Below, in pieces: positions 20,382 through 30,960 of a stretch of DNA of 64,000 nucleotides. Made by a program: the position numbers and the translations under genes. Numbering within the stretch: the stretch's first letter is position 1; each line of letters starts with the position of its first letter. Below the pieces are notes generated by a model. The model saw only the letters and a program-made list of their open reading frames with translations. It did no database searches and had not been told where the DNA came from. The stretch covers positions 2,016,001 to 2,080,000 of the forward strand of contig OY759974.1 in assembly GCA_963662945.1 (NCBI GenBank). The letters run 5' to 3'. The stretch is from Arcobacteraceae bacterium. Its GTDB lineage: Bacteria > Campylobacterota > Campylobacteria > Campylobacterales > Arcobacteraceae.

Positions 20382-21443
20382 TTAGTGTTTTTTAGATAAA
20401 TCTTCTAAAGTCAATTTTGTTCTTTTTGCAACAGAGTTTCTGATTGCTTCTCTTGTAGCATCTGGAAGTGGAATTAAACCAATTTCACCTAAAATACCAT
20501 TGTTACCAATCATATCTTCAGACATAAACATATCTACATATTTACTCATTGCAGGTACATCTTTAGAGTGAGAGTTTTTGATGTAGAAAAATAAACTTCT
20601 TGCAATTGGATATTTATGAGATGCAATAGTTTCAGGAGTTGGTAAGAAACCATCTATTGTAGCACCTTGTACTTTATCTTGATTTTCCATTAAGAATGAG
20701 TAACCAAAAATACCGATTGCATCTCTATTTTTATCTAGTTTTGCAACAATTAAGTTATCATTTTCACCACTTGGAACATACGCACCATCTGTTCTAATTT
20801 CAGAATATTTTTTGTATTTTTTATTTGCTTTGTTATCTGCTTTGTAAAGATCTGTATAAACATTCATTTTTTTGAATGTATGTTGTAATACCATCTCTTC
20901 AAAAGCATCTCTTGTTCCAGAAGATTTTGGAGGACCATATACGATAATATCTCTATTTGGTAAAGATGCATCTATATCAGACCATTTTTTGTAAGGGTTT
21001 GCTATAAGTTTTTTACCATCTTTACTTGGTACTTCAGCAGCAGTAGCAAGAGCTAATTGAGTTTTTGTTAAAGATAATGGTTTGTCTGCTTTAGATTGTG
21101 CAATAGCAATACCGTCAAAACCAATTACTGCTTCAGTAATGTCATGAACACCATTTTTTTCACACATCTCAAATTCTTTAGTTTTCATTCTTCTTGATGC
21201 ATTTGTAATATCTGGCGTATTTAAATCATTTCCAGCACAAAATAATTTCATACCACCACCTGAACCAGTTGATTCAACTACTGGAGTTGGAAATTTTGTT
21301 GTTGCACCTAATTCTTCAGCTACAGATGAAGAAAATGGATAAACAGTTGAAGAACCAACTATTTTAATTTGGTCTCTAGCACTAAGAGATACAGTTAACG
21401 CAGATGCAGTTAATAAAGCAATTGCAGTTTTTTTCATTGTCAT
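20382..21443 (-). CDS. pstS: Phosphate ABC transporter substrate-binding protein
   Basis: Signal peptide; GSSTVYP, STGSGGG, ASR, SSGT, YPIARSLFFY. Confidence 0.9.
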   Translation of the reverse strand: MTMKKTAIALLTASALTVSLSARDQIKIVGSSTVYPFSSSVAEELGATTKFPTPVVESTGSGGGMKLFCAGNDLNTPDITNASRRMKTKEFEMCEKNGVHDITEAVIGFDGIAIAQSKADKPLSLTKTQLALATAAEVPSKDGKKLIANPYKKWSDIDASLPNRDIIVYGPPKSSGTRDAFEEMVLQHTFKKMNVYTDLYKADNKANKKYKKYSEIRTDGAYVPSGENDNLIVAKLDKNRDAIGIFGYSFLMENQDKVQGATIDGFLPTPETIASHKYPIARSLFFYIKNSHSKDVPAMSKYVDMFMSEDMIGNNGILGEIGLIPLPDATREAIRNSVAKRTKLTLEDLSKKH

Positions 21444-21559
21444 TTTGAAAGTCCTTTTGTTTTTTTTCGTAGGAATTATAAATTAGAAAGATTACTGTTT
21501 GGTTACAAGTTTTATAATAGATATTAAGTTATAATCAAAAAAATTTAATAGGCAATAAT

Positions 21560-22840
21560 ATGAGAGTAATAGAGATATTTAAAGAGATAACAACTGTACC
21601 TAGATGTAGTGGTACTTTTGAACCATTTATTAATTATGTGAAACAATTTGCATCAAAAAATAATTATATTTGTAAAGTTGATAATGCAAACAATATATTA
21701 TGTTATAAAGAGAATAGTACTATAAAATTATGTTTGCAATCACATTATGATATGGTATGTTTAGAAGATGGTAAGATTCCTACAATTATAGAAGAAGATG
21801 GATATTTAAAAGCAAAAGATTCAACATTGGGTGCAGACAATGGAATAGGGTGTGCCTATATGTTAGCTTTGATGGAAGAGGGTGCTAATTTAGAGTTGCT
21901 TTTTACAAGTGATGAAGAGGTAGGACTTATTGGCGCAAATAATATAGAGTTTGAATTACAAGCTTCTAAAATGTTAAATTTAGATAGTGAAGCTCAAGGG
22001 GAAATATGTATAGGTTGTGCTGGTGGAGTTGATATATTTGGGATTAACAATAAAGGGGAATATCTTAAAAATAAAGATAAAAAAGAATTATATGAGATAA
22101 CTATTGATAATCTTGATGGTGGGCATAGTGGAGTTGATATCGATAAAAATATACCAAATGCTTTGAAACTTATGGCAAAAACAATAAAAGAGTGTGATGC
22201 TGATTTACTTGATATAAGTGGGGGTGAGAGAATAAATTCTATTCCTAAATCAGCTCGTGCAATTATTGTATCACATAATGAGCCACAAGCATCGCACCCT
22301 AATATGAAAATAGTAAAAGTAGAGACTCAAACACAACATTATAAAAAACTCGATGAAAATATTATTAACTTTTTATATACTTTTGCAAATGGAGTAAGAG
22401 GATTTGATAAAGAGTTAGATGTTGTATTAAGTTCAATTAACTTGGCAATTATTGAAAATTCGATTGAAGGATTAAAAATAAGTTTAAGTGCTAGAAGTAT
22501 GGATAATGAAGAGTTAAAAATTCTCAAAGATGAAACAGTAGCTTTACTTAATATTTTTGGTTTTGAAGTAACAACAAATGGAAAATATCCAGCATGGAAA
22601 CCAACACATAGTGATTTTACAGCAGAAGTTTTAAAAATATATAAAGAGGTTGTACCAGAAGCTACATTAAATGCTATACATGCAGGATTAGAGTGTGCTA
22701 TATTTAAAGCTAAATATCCAAATATTGATGTTTGTTCAATTGGACCAAATATATATTTTCCTCATTCTCATAGAGAAGAGTGTGAGATAAATTCTGTTAT
22801 GAAACTTTTTACGATTATTAAGAAAATTGTAGAGATATAA
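21560..22840 (+). CDS. pepD: M20-family aminoacyl-histidine dipeptidase
   Basis: QSHYDMV, LGADNGIG, DEEVG, NLDSE, GGHSG, IHAGLEC, PHS. Confidence 0.9.
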   Translation: MRVIEIFKEITTVPRCSGTFEPFINYVKQFASKNNYICKVDNANNILCYKENSTIKLCLQSHYDMVCLEDGKIPTIIEEDGYLKAKDSTLGADNGIGCAYMLALMEEGANLELLFTSDEEVGLIGANNIEFELQASKMLNLDSEAQGEICIGCAGGVDIFGINNKGEYLKNKDKKELYEITIDNLDGGHSGVDIDKNIPNALKLMAKTIKECDADLLDISGGERINSIPKSARAIIVSHNEPQASHPNMKIVKVETQTQHYKKLDENIINFLYTFANGVRGFDKELDVVLSSINLAIIENSIEGLKISLSARSMDNEELKILKDETVALLNIFGFEVTTNGKYPAWKPTHSDFTAEVLKIYKEVVPEATLNAIHAGLECAIFKAKYPNIDVCSIGPNIYFPHSHREECEINSVMKLFTIIKKIVEI

Positions 22841-22865
22841 AAAACTAATTTTAAATTAGTTTTTT
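22839..22865. terminator. AT-rich hairpin between convergent pepD and response regulator
   Basis: AAAAAACTAATTT-T-AAATTAGTTTTTT. Confidence 0.55.
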
Positions 22866-22868
22866 ATT

Positions 22869-23261
22869 TTAGAATGTTTCGTGTCTATTTGTATAGTCTA
22901 AAGTAAGTTCTATACCTTTTTTAAATTTTTCTTGCTCAAATGGTTTCACAATCCAAGAAGTAGCACCAGCTTCTCTCCCTTTTTGTTTCATATCATTTCC
23001 TCTTTCAGTTGTTAGAACCATAATTGGAGTAGTCATATAATCAAATTTATCTCTAATTCGTCTAATAAGTTCAAATCCATCCATTCTTGGCATATTGATA
23101 TCCACAATGAAAAAATCATATTCTTCTTCTGCAGCTTCTATTTTTTCTAATGCTTCAACACCATCTTCCGCTGTTTCAAAATCATTATATCCTGATGCAT
23201 AAAGTGTTTGTGATACTAAATCTCTAATTGTTGATGAATCGTCTACTGCTAATATTTTCAT
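22869..23261 (-). CDS. Single-domain CheY-like response regulator
   Basis: AVDDS, VDINMP (phospho-Asp), LTTE, KPF. Confidence 0.9.
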   Translation of the reverse strand: MKILAVDDSSTIRDLVSQTLYASGYNDFETAEDGVEALEKIEAAEEEYDFFIVDINMPRMDGFELIRRIRDKFDYMTTPIMVLTTERGNDMKQKGREAGATSWIVKPFEQEKFKKGIELTLDYTNRHETF

Positions 23262-23338
23262 GTTATACCTATCTTTCAGTAAAATTATTTAAAAATTATT
23301 ATATCCACAAAGATACAATAAAACAAGTTTAAATTAAC

Positions 23339-24403
23339 TTAAATTAAATTATTTTTTGCTTCTTTTTCAACTTCCTCAAGGAACCTTTGTAGTAATTGGT
23401 CTGTTGGAAGTTTTTCTATAACTTCACCTTTTTTTATAATAAGACCACTTCCTTTTCCATAAGCAATAGCCACATCTGCACTTTTAGCTTCACCTATAGC
23501 ATTTACAACACAACCCATTACTGATACATTTAGAGGTGTTTTTATATGTTTTGTTGCTTCTTCTACTTCTTTAACCGCACTTACTAAATCAGCTTCAATT
23601 CTTCCACAAGTTGGACACGAGATAATATTTAAACCATCTTTTGCAATACCTGCATCTTTTAAAATAGCGCGACCAACTTCTATCTCTTTTTCTAATTCTC
23701 CTGTCATAGATACTCGTAAAGTATCTCCAATACCATCAAGAAGTAATGCTCCTAATGCTATTGAGGATTTTATAGTGCTGTGAAACTCTGTTCCAGCTTC
23801 AGTAACTCCTAAATGAAATGGGTAATTATTTAAAGGTCGGAGCATTCTGTACGCTTCAACTGTTCTTTGTACATCACTCGCTTTGAGAGATATTTTAATA
23901 TCAGTAAAGTCTAAATCTTCTAAAAATTTAATATTATAAATTGCTGATTCAACCATCCCTTTAGCTGTTTGTCCATATTTATCTTCAAATTGTGCTTCTA
24001 GTGAGCCACAGTTTACACCAATACGAACTGGTAAGTTTCTTTCTTTACACGCTTTTACAATCTCTTTAATTCTAGATTGTTCACCAATATTTCCAGGATT
24101 GAAACGAATACAATCAACTACTTTTGCAGCTTCAAGTGCCAATTTATAATTAAAATGGATATCTGCAACAATAGGAAGGCTTGTTTGCTCTTTAATAGCT
24201 TTTAATGCTTTAGCAGCTTCCATATCAGGAACAGCTAAACGTACTATGTCTGCTCCTGCAAAATGAAGTCGTCTTATTTGTTCAACAGTAGCTTCTACAT
24301 CACTTGTTTTTGTATAAGTCATTGACTGTACACTAATTGGTGCATCTCCACCAACTGCAACATTACCTATATATATCTTTTTTGTATCGTATCTTTTTAT
24401 CAT
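23339..24403 (-). CDS. ispG: HMBPP synthase (flavodoxin)
   Basis: [37 protein letters not shown]. Confidence 0.97.
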   Translation of the reverse strand: MIKRYDTKKIYIGNVAVGGDAPISVQSMTYTKTSDVEATVEQIRRLHFAGADIVRLAVPDMEAAKALKAIKEQTSLPIVADIHFNYKLALEAAKVVDCIRFNPGNIGEQSRIKEIVKACKERNLPVRIGVNCGSLEAQFEDKYGQTAKGMVESAIYNIKFLEDLDFTDIKISLKASDVQRTVEAYRMLRPLNNYPFHLGVTEAGTEFHSTIKSSIALGALLLDGIGDTLRVSMTGELEKEIEVGRAILKDAGIAKDGLNIISCPTCGRIEADLVSAVKEVEEATKHIKTPLNVSVMGCVVNAIGEAKSADVAIAYGKGSGLIIKKGEVIEKLPTDQLLQRFLEEVEKEAKNNLI

Positions 24404-24522
24404 GCTGAAATTCTATCCAATTAATTATATAAATAGTATTGAAGAAGTTTTTTGCAGATAATATTTAATAGATTTTTAAGTATAATAGGACAAGAATAAC
24501 CACCTCTTAAAGGAAAAATATT

Positions 24523-25362
24523 ATGAAAATTCTTTTATCTCTTTTTGTTTTTATTATCACATTACAAGCAAAAGTTATAACTTTTTCACCATTACCTATG
24601 GATAAGGCTCCAAAACTTTTTGTGCAATATAATGCGATGTTAAAATACTTAGAAAAAGAAACAGGCTATAAATTTAAATTCATCTATTCAACATCTTATG
24701 AAGAATTAATAAAGAATTTTGAAGAAGGTAAGATTGATATAATTGAATTAGGAGCATTACCCTATGTAAGATTGAAAGAACAATTTAAAGATTCGTATCC
24801 ATTTTTAACTTTTAATTCTAGTAATGGAAAACCTTATTATACTTGTGATCTTGTTACAACGGAGAATAATATAAATAGTTTTGCTGATATATCAAATAAA
24901 GTTGACGTAATTTTAACAAGAAGTTTATCAACATGTGGATATTTGATGAGTGAATATATTATGAGAGAAAACTCATTAACATTAGAAAACTTTCATTATC
25001 AATATATTGGAACACATTCAAATGTTTTATTAAAAGTTCTTTTAGAAAAAAATACCATAGGAACTGTGAAATCTACAGTGTTGGATAAATATACACAGTT
25101 TGATTTTAAAACTTTGGCACAATCCCCAAATATTCCAGGTTTTTCTTTTATTGCAAATAAAAATACTACAGTAGAAGGACAAATTAAAAATATTCAAAAA
25201 GCAATTTTAAAATTACATCCTTTGGACAATCTAAAAGATGAAGATATTGTTTCTCAATGGAGTAATAATACTAAATTTGGAGCAGTAAAAACTGATGAAA
25301 AGATTTATGATGTAGTGTATAAAGCATTGAAAACTATTCAAGTTCCAAAGGAAAATAAATAA
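24523..25362 (+). CDS. PhnD/phosphonate-bd-family periplasmic binding protein
   Basis: Signal peptide, STSYEE..G.ID, STCGY, GTH; coupled to the next gene by TAATG. Confidence 0.78.
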   Translation: MKILLSLFVFIITLQAKVITFSPLPMDKAPKLFVQYNAMLKYLEKETGYKFKFIYSTSYEELIKNFEEGKIDIIELGALPYVRLKEQFKDSYPFLTFNSSNGKPYYTCDLVTTENNINSFADISNKVDVILTRSLSTCGYLMSEYIMRENSLTLENFHYQYIGTHSNVLLKVLLEKNTIGTVKSTVLDKYTQFDFKTLAQSPNIPGFSFIANKNTTVEGQIKNIQKAILKLHPLDNLKDEDIVSQWSNNTKFGAVKTDEKIYDVVYKALKTIQVPKENK

Positions 25363-28300
25363 TGAAAAAATTTAATTTATTTACAAAAATTATTACACCT
25401 ATTTTAATTATAGGTATTTTATTTTCTTATGTTGGTTTTATGTATTTAAATACACTCATTGAGAAAACTATTAGTCATGAAATAGAGCAAAAAGTTGAGA
25501 ATAAAATTCACTATACTTATGATCATATTGAATCAGAATTTCGATTGTTATTTTATTTATATGGAACATCATCTGGGGATTATCATGCACAAAGTAAGAT
25601 AATCCAAAAAGAGATATTTGCGCAACTGAAAAAATATACCTTGCTAACAAATGATATTCTTTTTATTAATGACAACGATAAAATTGTACAAATGGGTAAA
25701 ACAAGTTTATCAGATGAGGAACTAGCAGCAATTCTTAAAGAGAATAAAACACAAATTGTATTGGATAAAGTAACATATAGAATTAAGCAAATGTATTTTA
25801 AACCTTGGAATTGGCATATTGTTTATCTTTTAAATACAAAAAGTTTTGACGATATATTATATAAAAATAAAATGGCATTATTAAGTATAGTATATATTCT
25901 ATTGTTAATACTTATTGTACTTATAAGTATTATTTTTAAAATTTATATTAAAAATCCTATTGATATTTTATTGGAACATTTTCAACTTATTACAAAAGGT
26001 AAATATAATGTAATTGAAACAGTTTTTCATACAAAAGAGGTTGATGATCTAATCAATAATGTTAATAGAATGACTAAATCAATTATGTATAGAGAAGATG
26101 AAGCAACAACTCTTTTAACATTAACAAAACAAAATGAAGAATATATGGAAGATATATTAAGTTCACAAAGTAGTATCATTATTATTAATGATATGAAAGA
26201 GATACAAGATGTGAATGATAGTTTCTTAAGATTTTTTCATGAATATGAAACATTAAATGATTTTAAAAAAGAGCATCAATGTGTATGTGATTATTTTGTA
26301 GAAGAAGAGGGGTATATTTATAAGTTCTCTGATAAAAACTGGGTTGAGTTTATATTAGAAAATCCAAATATGGTACACAAAGCAAAAATTTACAAAGATA
26401 ATACATATTATATTTATGCAATACAAGCAAAAAAATCAGAAAAATTTAATCGTATGATTATTACGATGACAGATATAACAGAATTAGAAAAAAGTAATAG
26501 TTTACTTGAACAATATAAAAAAGCTGTTGATGCTAGTGCAATTGTTTCAAAAGCTGATTTAAAAGGAAAAATAACTTATATCAATGATAAATTTTTAGCA
26601 ATTTCTGGATACTCAAAAGAGGAACTTATTGGGGCAAATCATAATATTGTACGTAGTAAAAATAGTTCTCCTATTATATTTAAAGATATGTGGGACACAA
26701 TACAAAGTAAAAAAATTTGGAGTGGACGTATCGAAAATAAGAAAAAAGATGGTACACCTTATTTTGTTTCAGCTACAGTGATTCCAATTTTAGATGAAAA
26801 TCATGATATATATGAATATATTGCATTACGTTATGATATTACAGAAGAGGTTTTAGCAAAACAAAAAGCACAAAAAGCGGAAAATGCAAAAAGTAGTTTC
26901 TTAGCAAATATGTCTCATGAGATTAGAACACCTTTAAATGCAATTATTGGTTTTACAAAATTATTATTGAATTTACAATTACCAGCAAAAGAGGCAAAAT
27001 ATATCCATATTATTGACCAAAGTGCAGAAAATCTTTTAGGTATTATCAATGATATATTAGATATTTCAAAAATTGAAAATGGAAGTTTAGTATATGAAAA
27101 AATTGAATTTAATCCATTTTTGGAGTTTGAAGGAGTTATTAATCTATTTATGGTCAAAGCAAATGAAAAATCTATAAGTTTAGTACCATTTATTGATCCA
27201 AAAATTCCTCAAAAAATAATAGGAGATTCTCTACGTGTAAAACAAGTATTATCAAACTTAATAGCAAATGCTATTAAGTTTACCCCAAATGAAGGAACAG
27301 TGTTTTCTCGAATAGAACTTATAAAATCTACTACAAAAACGTGTACTATAAGAATAAGCATACAAGATAGTGGAATAGGAATCCCTAAAGATAAACAAAA
27401 ACTGATTTTTCAAGAATTTTCACAAGCTGATGAAAGTACAAGTAGAGAGTTTGGTGGTACAGGATTAGGACTTAGCATTAGTAATAAGATAGTACAAGCG
27501 TTAGGTTCAACAATTGAATTAGAGAGTGAAGAGGGGAAAGGAAGTAAATTTTTCTTTGATTTAGAATTTGAATCAGATAATTTAGTGGATCGACATCTCA
27601 AAGAGTTTAAAAAACTACATGTTGCTATTGTAAATTCTAATTTAATGGAACCTTTACAATACTCTATATTAAAAGAGTATCTAGAGTCACTTTGTAATTT
27701 GGTAGAAATTACAGATTCAAATCAAATCTCTGAAATATTAGAGCAAGATATTATTTTTATTGATGAGGCAGCGGTTGATGAAGCATTAATAAATCTTGAA
27801 AATAAAAATACTTATTTTGTAGTATTATCCAAAGAGAGAGAAACTTGTGAACAGCTCCAAAATGGAGTTATCTTAAATGTACCTATTAATTCATCTTCAC
27901 TTTTTGATATATTAGTTAATTTTGTAGATTTTGAGAGTTTTATTGAAACAAGTTTAGAAAATAAGGAAAAAAGTTTTAGCGGAAATGTTTTAATAGCAGA
28001 AGACCACGAGATAAATCAACAGTTAATTGGTGCACTTCTTGATATTCGAGGTGTAGATTATACTTTTGCAAACAATGGAAATGAGGTTGTAAAGCTTTTT
28101 AAAGATGGTAAGTATGATTTGATTCTTATGGATATAAATATGCCTGAAAAAAATGGTTTGGATGCAACAATCGAGATTATTGATTTTGAGAAAAAACATA
28201 CCTTAGAACATACTCCAATAGTAGCATTAACTGCAAATGTTATTGAAGCAGATAAACAAAAAATTATGGATATAGGGACAGATGATTATCTTTATAAACC

Positions 28301-28694
28301 AATTGATGAGAAGAAACTGGATGAAGTTTTAAATAAATATCTAAATAATCTTAAAGAAGAAAGTCAAAAAGATGAAAGTTATCACTTAGGTATTGTTGTA
28401 CAAGAGATGGGATTAGATGAAGTAATTGTTAAAAAAATAGTAACAAATTTTTGTAATACAATAGATAAAGATTTAGATGAATTAGAAAAGGCTGTTAAAG
28501 AAAATAACTTTGAACAAATAAAAATCTATGCACATAAAATTAAAGGTGCTGCGTTGAACTTACGAATGCATAGTGTATCAAAATATGCTCAAAATATGGA
28601 AAAAATGGCAATAGATAATGAAAATACAACTATGGATAAAAACTTTACAAGTTTAAAAAAAGCAATTAAAGCTGTTCAAGAATCAATTCTATGA
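25362..28694 (+). CDS. Hybrid sensor histidine kinase (TM-HAMP-PAS-HisKA-HATPase-REC-Hpt)
   Basis: FLANMSHEIRTPLN, NLIANAIKFT, DSGIGI, GGTGLGL, LMDINMP, AHKIKGAA. Confidence 0.95.
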   Translation: MKKFNLFTKIITPILIIGILFSYVGFMYLNTLIEKTISHEIEQKVENKIHYTYDHIESEFRLLFYLYGTSSGDYHAQSKIIQKEIFAQLKKYTLLTNDILFINDNDKIVQMGKTSLSDEELAAILKENKTQIVLDKVTYRIKQMYFKPWNWHIVYLLNTKSFDDILYKNKMALLSIVYILLLILIVLISIIFKIYIKNPIDILLEHFQLITKGKYNVIETVFHTKEVDDLINNVNRMTKSIMYREDEATTLLTLTKQNEEYMEDILSSQSSIIIINDMKEIQDVNDSFLRFFHEYETLNDFKKEHQCVCDYFVEEEGYIYKFSDKNWVEFILENPNMVHKAKIYKDNTYYIYAIQAKKSEKFNRMIITMTDITELEKSNSLLEQYKKAVDASAIVSKADLKGKITYINDKFLAISGYSKEELIGANHNIVRSKNSSPIIFKDMWDTIQSKKIWSGRIENKKKDGTPYFVSATVIPILDENHDIYEYIALRYDITEEVLAKQKAQKAENAKSSFLANMSHEIRTPLNAIIGFTKLLLNLQLPAKEAKYIHIIDQSAENLLGIINDILDISKIENGSLVYEKIEFNPFLEFEGVINLFMVKANEKSISLVPFIDPKIPQKIIGDSLRVKQVLSNLIANAIKFTPNEGTVFSRIELIKSTTKTCTIRISIQDSGIGIPKDKQKLIFQEFSQADESTSREFGGTGLGLSISNKIVQALGSTIELESEEGKGSKFFFDLEFESDNLVDRHLKEFKKLHVAIVNSNLMEPLQYSILKEYLESLCNLVEITDSNQISEILEQDIIFIDEAAVDEALINLENKNTYFVVLSKERETCEQLQNGVILNVPINSSSLFDILVNFVDFESFIETSLENKEKSFSGNVLIAEDHEINQQLIGALLDIRGVDYTFANNGNEVVKLFKDGKYDLILMDINMPEKNGLDATIEIIDFEKKHTLEHTPIVALTANVIEADKQKIMDIGTDDYLYKPIDEKKLDEVLNKYLNNLKEESQKDESYHLGIVVQEMGLDEVIVKKIVTNFCNTIDKDLDELEKAVKENNFEQIKIYAHKIKGAALNLRMHSVSKYAQNMEKMAIDNENTTMDKNFTSLKKAIKAVQESIL

Positions 28695-29723
28695 TTCTTG
28701 AAATTGGTTATAAATCTCTTTGATTGCATCAATGTGTTCAACAAATAAAAGAACAAGTTTAGGGTCAAAATGTTCACCACTCTCTTTTTGAAGTAGGTCT
28801 AAAGCTTCGTCAAAACTCCAAGCTTTTTTATAAGGTCTTATAGAAACTAAAGCATCAAAAACATCAGCAATTGCTACAATTCTCCCCTCAATTGGGATAC
28901 TTTCCCCTTTTAAGTTATTTGGATACCCTTTACCATTGTATTTTTCATGATGAGTTAAAGCTATTAAAGCACCCATTTTAAGATATTTACTTTTTGTTTC
29001 TTTTAAAATAGAATAACCAATTTGAGCATGAGTTTTCATTATTTCAAATTCATCATCTGTGAGTTTTGCAGGTTTTAATAAAATATTATCAGCAATACCC
29101 ACTTTCCCAATATCATGAAATGGAGAAGCATAATAAATAGTATCTTGTATCTCAACACTCAGTCCATAAGCTTTAGCTAAAATTTTAGAGTAGTTTGCAA
29201 CTCTTGCAACATGTGAGGCTGTTTCTGGATCTTTATATTCAGCGGTTCTTCCTAAAACTATCAAAGACTCATGTTCCCTATTGATGAGTTCCTGAGTTGC
29301 TTTTTCTACCTCTTTTTGTAATAATTTTGCTTTATCTTCAACAAGGAGTTGTGCTTCTCTAAGTTTTAGTAAATTTTGAGTTCTTAATGTAAATTCACTT
29401 AAATCTAAAGGTTTATTTAAAAAGTCTGTTGCTCCAGCTTTTAGTGCATCAAGTTTTATGTCTTCTCCAGCAGCCGTAATCATAATAATAGGTGTAGAGA
29501 TATTTGTTTCTCTAAATTTTTTTATAAGTTCTAATCCATTGAGTTTTGGCATCATATAGTCAACAAAAATAATATCAATATCATTGTGGAGTATAAAATC
29601 TAATGCTTGTTGAGAATCAGAAAAGTTTTTTACATTTAAGTCAATGTGATTTGCATAAGCTTCTAAAAGCATTAAGTTTTGTTCACTATCATCGATTGAA
29701 ACAGCAAGAGTGTTTGTATACAT
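28689..29723 (-). CDS. REC + HD-GYP cyclic-dinucleotide phosphodiesterase (RpfG-like)
   Basis: VDYMMP receiver; HDIGK, HHEKYNGKGYP, ADVFDAL, RPYK; ATG at 29723 preceded by AAGGA (ORF track starts at TTG 29738). Confidence 0.93.
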   Translation of the reverse strand: MYTNTLAVSIDDSEQNLMLLEAYANHIDLNVKNFSDSQQALDFILHNDIDIIFVDYMMPKLNGLELIKKFRETNISTPIIMITAAGEDIKLDALKAGATDFLNKPLDLSEFTLRTQNLLKLREAQLLVEDKAKLLQKEVEKATQELINREHESLIVLGRTAEYKDPETASHVARVANYSKILAKAYGLSVEIQDTIYYASPFHDIGKVGIADNILLKPAKLTDDEFEIMKTHAQIGYSILKETKSKYLKMGALIALTHHEKYNGKGYPNNLKGESIPIEGRIVAIADVFDALVSIRPYKKAWSFDEALDLLQKESGEHFDPKLVLLFVEHIDAIKEIYNQFQES

Positions 29724-29871
29724 ATTTAAATCCTTCAATTATGAAAACATTTTAACAAAAATTTCTATCACTATCTCTTAAATCTTTATTATTAAATTTG
29801 TACTTTCAGATTCTCTTAGTTGTTTTTGGATATAATCCTTAAAAATTTACAGCTATACACTTAGGAAAGTT

Positions 29872-30501
29872 TTGGAAAATATTAATCTATTTGATGTCAT
29901 TGTTTTATCGTTAGTAGTAATCCTTGGGTTAAAAGGACTTTTTAGAGGATTAACTAAAGAGTTATTCGGACTTATTGGTATCGTAGGTGGAGTGTTTATA
30001 GCTTCGAGACTTGCAAAAACTACTGGTGAGATAGTAAATGGTATTATCCCTGTTGATAATGAAAGTACAATATTACTTATTGGTTTTATCGTTACATTAG
30101 TTCTTTTTTGGATTATCGCTTACATCTTAGGGATGGTGTTAGAGAAAGTATTTAGTGCTAGTGGATTAGGTGTTTTTGATAGATTACTAGGTTTCTTGTT
30201 TGGTGCTGGAAAGATATTTTTATTATTTTCAATTATTGCTTATGCAACATCACAAGTTAAAATGATAAATGATAATATCCAACCGAAATTACAAGATAGT
30301 ATAGTTTTTCCACTTTTATCAGCAACAGGAAGTTATATAATTAAGTTAGATACTTCTAATCTTCAAGCAAAAGTTACAGATAAGTTTGACAAAGCTGTAA
30401 AAACAGCTCAAGATTCACTTCAAGAGTTATCAAAAGAAGAACTAGAAAAAAAAGCAAATGAATTGAAAAAACAGTTAGAGGAAACAACAAGTGGAAACTG
30501 A
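29872..30501 (+). CDS. cvpA: CvpA family membrane protein
   Basis: GLFRGL..E, DRLLG..FG; upstream of fur as in Campylobacter. Confidence 0.88.
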   Translation: MENINLFDVIVLSLVVILGLKGLFRGLTKELFGLIGIVGGVFIASRLAKTTGEIVNGIIPVDNESTILLIGFIVTLVLFWIIAYILGMVLEKVFSASGLGVFDRLLGFLFGAGKIFLLFSIIAYATSQVKMINDNIQPKLQDSIVFPLLSATGSYIIKLDTSNLQAKVTDKFDKAVKTAQDSLQELSKEELEKKANELKKQLEETTSGN

Positions 30502-30937
30502 TAATACTGTATTAGAAGATTTAAAAGTTGTTTTAAAAGATAAAGGTATGAAATACACAGAGCAACGCGCTGTGATATTACAAATACTTTTAAATATTGA
30601 TGACCATCTTAATGCTGAAGAGGTACATCGAATCGTAAAAGAAAAATATCCTAAACAAAATATAGGTATTGCAACTGTTTACAGAACTTTAAATTTTCTA
30701 GAAGATGTAAATCTTATCTCATCAATCTCATTTGGAAAAGATGGAAAAAAATATGAAGGTAATGTTAAAAGAGAACATCATGACCATATTATTTGTACAT
30801 CTTGTGGCAAGATAGTTGAATTTATAGATGAAAGTATTGAAAAGAGGCAAGAAGATATTGCTTCTCAGAATGGATTTAAAATCACAGATCACACTATGCA
30901 AATATATGGTATTTGTCAAAAGTGCCAAAATAATTAA
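30491..30937 (+). CDS. fur: Ferric uptake regulator
   Basis: HLNAEE, IATVYRTL, HHDHIICTSCG, CQKC; cvpA-fur-lysS-glyA synteny. Confidence 0.9.
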   Translation: METDNTVLEDLKVVLKDKGMKYTEQRAVILQILLNIDDHLNAEEVHRIVKEKYPKQNIGIATVYRTLNFLEDVNLISSISFGKDGKKYEGNVKREHHDHIICTSCGKIVEFIDESIEKRQEDIASQNGFKITDHTMQIYGICQKCQNN

Positions 30938-30960
30938 AAAATTAAAAGGAAAGTTAAAAA

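Noticed and set aside
24523-25362. Phosphonate uptake operon
   Set aside because: No phnC or phnE; the gene is coupled to a histidine kinase.
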